Positions 17,044 through 20,000 of a stretch of 20,000 bases of DNA are shown piece after piece; within the stretch, counting starts at the first letter, position 1; each line of letters opens with the position of its first letter. Location of the stretch: IMG/VR virus record IMGVR_UViG_3300036760_000418, one strand, 5' to 3'. This DNA is from an uncultured virus (IMG/VR IMGVR_UViG_3300036760_000418). Taxonomy: Duplodnaviria > Heunggongvirae > Uroviricota > Caudoviricetes. A program made the translations under genes and the position numbers. Under the pieces are notes generated by a model. That model was not told where the DNA came from. It did no database searches and saw nothing but the letters and a program-made list of their open reading frames with translations.

Positions 17044-18339
17044 ATGGCGGTTGAAAAGAAGACAGGTAAGAAAGCTCCTAGTGGCAATGCGGCGATGATG
17101 AATGTGGTGCGGGCGGCGATCCTCAAGCATACGGGGCACAAAGCCATTTTGCCCGGGGCGACCTCACACCCGTGTGTCTCTACGGGATCTTTCCCTGTGG
17201 ACATGCTGATTGGGGGCACCCTGACAACAGACGGCAAGCTGCTTTGCCCTGGTTTCCCCCGTCGCCGCATCACAGAACTCTACGGCGGTGAGTCGAGCGG
17301 TAAGACCACGTTGTTGATCTCGGCGATGGTGCAGGCGCAGAAGGCGGGCGGCACTGCGATGTTCATCGACTTCGAGCACGCCCTGGATCACCACTACGCT
17401 AGGAAGCTTGGCTTGTCCTACGATCTCGACAAGCTCACGGTCATTCAGCCGGACACCATGGAGTACGGGTTCACGATGATGCGCCTGGGTATCCTGGGCG
17501 GCATCGACATCATTGGCGTGGACTCTGTGGCCGCTATGGTGCCTAAGGACGAGCTGGAGAAGGGCTTCGAGGACGCAGCGAAGATCGGTGCCGTGGCCCG
17601 CCAATTCTCCGGGTCGCTGCCTAAGTTCGCTATGTGGTTACAGAAGTACCCGTTGCTTGCAGCGGACAAGACCAAATCAGATCCGAGTCGCCCTGGTACA
17701 GCGCTCATCTTGGTGAACCAGACTCGTGCTTTGATTTCTACGAGTGGTGGGCATCACGGCGGTGGTGACGACAACACGAGTGGCGGCAAGGCGATCAAGT
17801 TCTACGCCAGCCTTCGGTTGCGTACGTCTCGCATCAAGTCCGAGATCATTGAGCGCAAGGACCCGATGACTGGTAAGGTCCGGCGGTTCCCGTACGGCAA
17901 CGTCACGGACGTGAAGGTCATCAAGAGCAAGTTGGACGGCAAGCAGGGACACTCAACCAACATGTTCATTCGGTACGGTTCAGGTATCGACGACTACTTT
18001 TCGATCATCGAAACAGGTGTGGCACAAAAGGTCATCAAGCGTGAGGGTGCCTTCTACACGGTGGGGTCACAGCGTTTCCAGGGTAAGGATAAGTTTCGCA
18101 AATTTCTGATTGAGAACCCCCCTGTCTTTGAGGCCCTTCGTCAGAAGTTGGTCGCGGCTGTGAATGCCACTGCGGTGGACGTCTCGGAGGAACCGACGGA
18201 TGAGGATGACCTTCTTGAGGGCTTGGACCTGGAGGGCGACACGGACACTGCTGCTGACGACTCGGCCGAGGAAGAAGTCCTGACCGATGTTGAGCCCACC
18301 CCCGAAGCGGTTACCGCGTCTGAGGCTGAAGCGGGCTGA
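17044..18339 (+). CDS. recA: RecA recombinase with insertions and a long acidic tail (431 aa)
   Basis: STGS...D, PRRRITELYGGESSGKTT, FIDFEHALD, QPDTME, VDSVAAMVPKDE, IGAVARQFS, LVNQTR, SGGKAIKFYASLRL and KVIKSK. Start set at ATG 17044 after GAGG. Confidence 0.95.
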   Translation: MAVEKKTGKKAPSGNAAMMNVVRAAILKHTGHKAILPGATSHPCVSTGSFPVDMLIGGTLTTDGKLLCPGFPRRRITELYGGESSGKTTLLISAMVQAQKAGGTAMFIDFEHALDHHYARKLGLSYDLDKLTVIQPDTMEYGFTMMRLGILGGIDIIGVDSVAAMVPKDELEKGFEDAAKIGAVARQFSGSLPKFAMWLQKYPLLAADKTKSDPSRPGTALILVNQTRALISTSGGHHGGGDDNTSGGKAIKFYASLRLRTSRIKSEIIERKDPMTGKVRRFPYGNVTDVKVIKSKLDGKQGHSTNMFIRYGSGIDDYFSIIETGVAQKVIKREGAFYTVGSQRFQGKDKFRKFLIENPPVFEALRQKLVAAVNATAVDVSEEPTDEDDLLEGLDLEGDTDTAADDSAEEEVLTDVEPTPEAVTASEAEAG

Positions 18340-18344
18340 ACCCC

Positions 18345-19685
18345 ATGGTACGGATTGAGATCAAAAACTTTCAATCCATAGCTCATGAGGTTGTCGAAGT
18401 AGACGGCTTTTCGGCTCTGGTTGGACGTAGCAACATCGGTAAGAGCGCCGTCGTGCGTGCCATTAAGGCAGCGCTGACGGGCGCTCCTGCCGATAGCTAC
18501 GTCCGCCACGGCGTGGATTGCCCACGAGGCACCAAGGGTGCGAAATCCTGCAAGTGCTACTGCTCAGTGCGTATTGTGGCGGACGGCTTTGACTTGCTCT
18601 GGGAGAAGGGTGACGCGGTCAACCGCTACGTTCACAACACAGTTGAGCACACGGTTGTCGGTCGTGGTACCCCCGACTTCCTGTTAGACGGCTTCTCGTT
18701 GACCAAGATTGGTGACGACAAAGAGCTTCTTCAGGTCTCGGATCAGTTCCACCCGATCTTCATTTTGGACAAGTCCGGTACCGTTGTGGCGGACGTGCTG
18801 TCCGACGTGGCTAAGCTCGATGAGATCAACGTGGCTTCTCGGTTGGCTGAGAAGGACCGTAAGGATGCAGCGTCCACTCGTAAAGTTCGGCAGAAGGATG
18901 TCTTGGAGTTGCAGACTGCTGTGGCCCGCTATGACGGCTTCGATGACGCGCTGATCCGAGTGATCTCTGTCGAGGAAACTGACATCTTGACTGAGGCCGC
19001 TGCTCAGTGCTTAGAGAAGCTGGAGAACTTCGTAGAGTCCGCTTATGGGGTGGCCCGTCGGATCAAGGGCTTGGAGCAGATCGGTTCTGTGGTGGTGCCC
19101 GAGATTGATCCGGTAGTTCAAGGCGGCTTGGAACTCACGACTCTGCGTGCCTTTGATGCGAGTTTACAGGCTAGTTTAGCTGCCGTGTCGGCCCTTGCCC
19201 CGGTAGAGAAGATCAGCCCTCCTGAGGTCCAGACGGTCGTGGAGGACGGGTTTAAGTTCGTGACGCTTGGTGCCCTGGCTTCCGGGTTGGGTGACAAGGA
19301 GACAGCGGTGGCGGGTCTGGTTGGTGTGGAGAAGATCCTACTGCCAAACTTTGAAGGTTTTGAGGCGTTGGGCACAGATTGTCTGAATCTCGTGCAGTGG
19401 GCTATCAAGGTCGAAGGCCTGCGCACCTTCTTCAATAAGGCCAAGGAGATCCCAGAATCCGTTCCAGCTCTAGAACCTGTCACGGTGTCTCTGGGTGGGT
19501 ATCTGCGGTTTCTAGGGTGGGCAGATAAGCTGCAAACCGTTGCCACGGATATGCTGCGATTCAAAAAGGCTCTTGACGAGATCACCCAAGCAGAAGCTGA
19601 CATTCTGTTGGAGTTTCAAGCTATTGGGGTCTGTTCTACTTGTAACCGAGAATTCACGGCTGAACACCAGCACGGTGAGGTCTAA
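18345..19685 (+). CDS. SbcC/Rad50/gp46-like ATPase, N-terminal half only, ending at a CxxC zinc hook (446 aa)
   Basis: IEIKNFQS, Walker A GRSNIGKSAVVRAI, Q-loop-like QVSDQF, helical arm, and CSTC 13 residues before the stop. No ABC signature or Walker B. Coupled (TAATG) to an SbcD-like gene. Confidence 0.8.
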   Translation: MVRIEIKNFQSIAHEVVEVDGFSALVGRSNIGKSAVVRAIKAALTGAPADSYVRHGVDCPRGTKGAKSCKCYCSVRIVADGFDLLWEKGDAVNRYVHNTVEHTVVGRGTPDFLLDGFSLTKIGDDKELLQVSDQFHPIFILDKSGTVVADVLSDVAKLDEINVASRLAEKDRKDAASTRKVRQKDVLELQTAVARYDGFDDALIRVISVEETDILTEAAAQCLEKLENFVESAYGVARRIKGLEQIGSVVVPEIDPVVQGGLELTTLRAFDASLQASLAAVSALAPVEKISPPEVQTVVEDGFKFVTLGALASGLGDKETAVAGLVGVEKILLPNFEGFEALGTDCLNLVQWAIKVEGLRTFFNKAKEIPESVPALEPVTVSLGGYLRFLGWADKLQTVATDMLRFKKALDEITQAEADILLEFQAIGVCSTCNREFTAEHQHGEV

Positions 19686-20000
19686 TGCCCCGTATTTCAT
19701 TCATCTTTCGTACAGACACCCACGTTGCTGACAAGAGTCCTGTGTCTTGGAAGGGTGACTACCCCGAGGAGATCTGGTCCAACCTGGAGCAGATTGGGCG
19801 TATGACGGTTGAACACGGGACGACCGCAGTGTTGGACGGCGGTGATTACTTTCACCTCAAGGCGGCGGGTCGGAATAGCCATGCCTCGATCTTCCGTACC
19901 GCTGAGATCCACAAGGCGTATCGTTGTCCGACCTACTGTGTCGAAGGCAACCACGACCTCGCGTACAACAACCTTGAGAGCATCGACCGGCAGCCGTTAG
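19685..20000 (+). CDS. sbcD: SbcD/Mre11/gp47-like metallophosphoesterase nuclease, 3'-truncated by the window edge
   Basis: Not in the ORF track. Translation from ATG 19685: MPRISFIFRTDTHVADK...VLDGGDYFH...CVEGNHDL..., showing the DxH, GDxF and GNHD motifs. Confidence 0.85.
   Translation, partial: MPRISFIFRTDTHVADKSPVSWKGDYPEEIWSNLEQIGRMTVEHGTTAVLDGGDYFHLKAAGRNSHASIFRTAEIHKAYRCPTYCVEGNHDLAYNNLESIDRQPL

Noticed and set aside
6416..18339. Inteins or introns in nrdJ, ligA, recD2 or recA
   Set aside because: Lengths are near canonical, conserved motifs are contiguous, and no intein splice motifs or internal endonuclease domains are visible.
19809..20000. 63-aa ORF listed in the ORF track
   Set aside because: It is the wrong frame; the SbcD-like frame from 19685 carries the DxH, GD and GNHD motifs.

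Overview
This window is most likely part of a large (jumbo/huge) bacteriophage genome. It is gene-dense, GC-rich, mostly + strand and uses standard code 11. Host-like housekeeping genes appear without their usual bacterial neighbours: short-form EF-Ts, a GroEL with no adjacent GroES, adjacent Pol III clamp-loader delta'/delta genes, an ATP-cone class II ribonucleotide reductase, NAD-dependent ligase and RecD2. A T4-like recombination block follows: possible UvsY-like mediator, gp32-like SSB, RuvC, RecA, an N-terminal-half SbcC/Rad50 ending at its Zn hook, and an SbcD/Mre11 cut by the window edge. Main signals not explained by the gene list: (1) a GGTGTA promoter-like motif before seven + strand genes or units, three times exactly 9 nt before an SD-less ATG; (2) a structured ~140-nt leader or ncRNA starting at the predicted +1 upstream of the SSB gene; (3) a half SbcC whose arm is built of ~41-aa repeats; (4) a truncated LAGLIDADG endonuclease remnant; (5) a two-gene minus-strand island with short basic N-terminal leaders and a possible second promoter class. 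All calls come from motif reading by eye; no searches were run.
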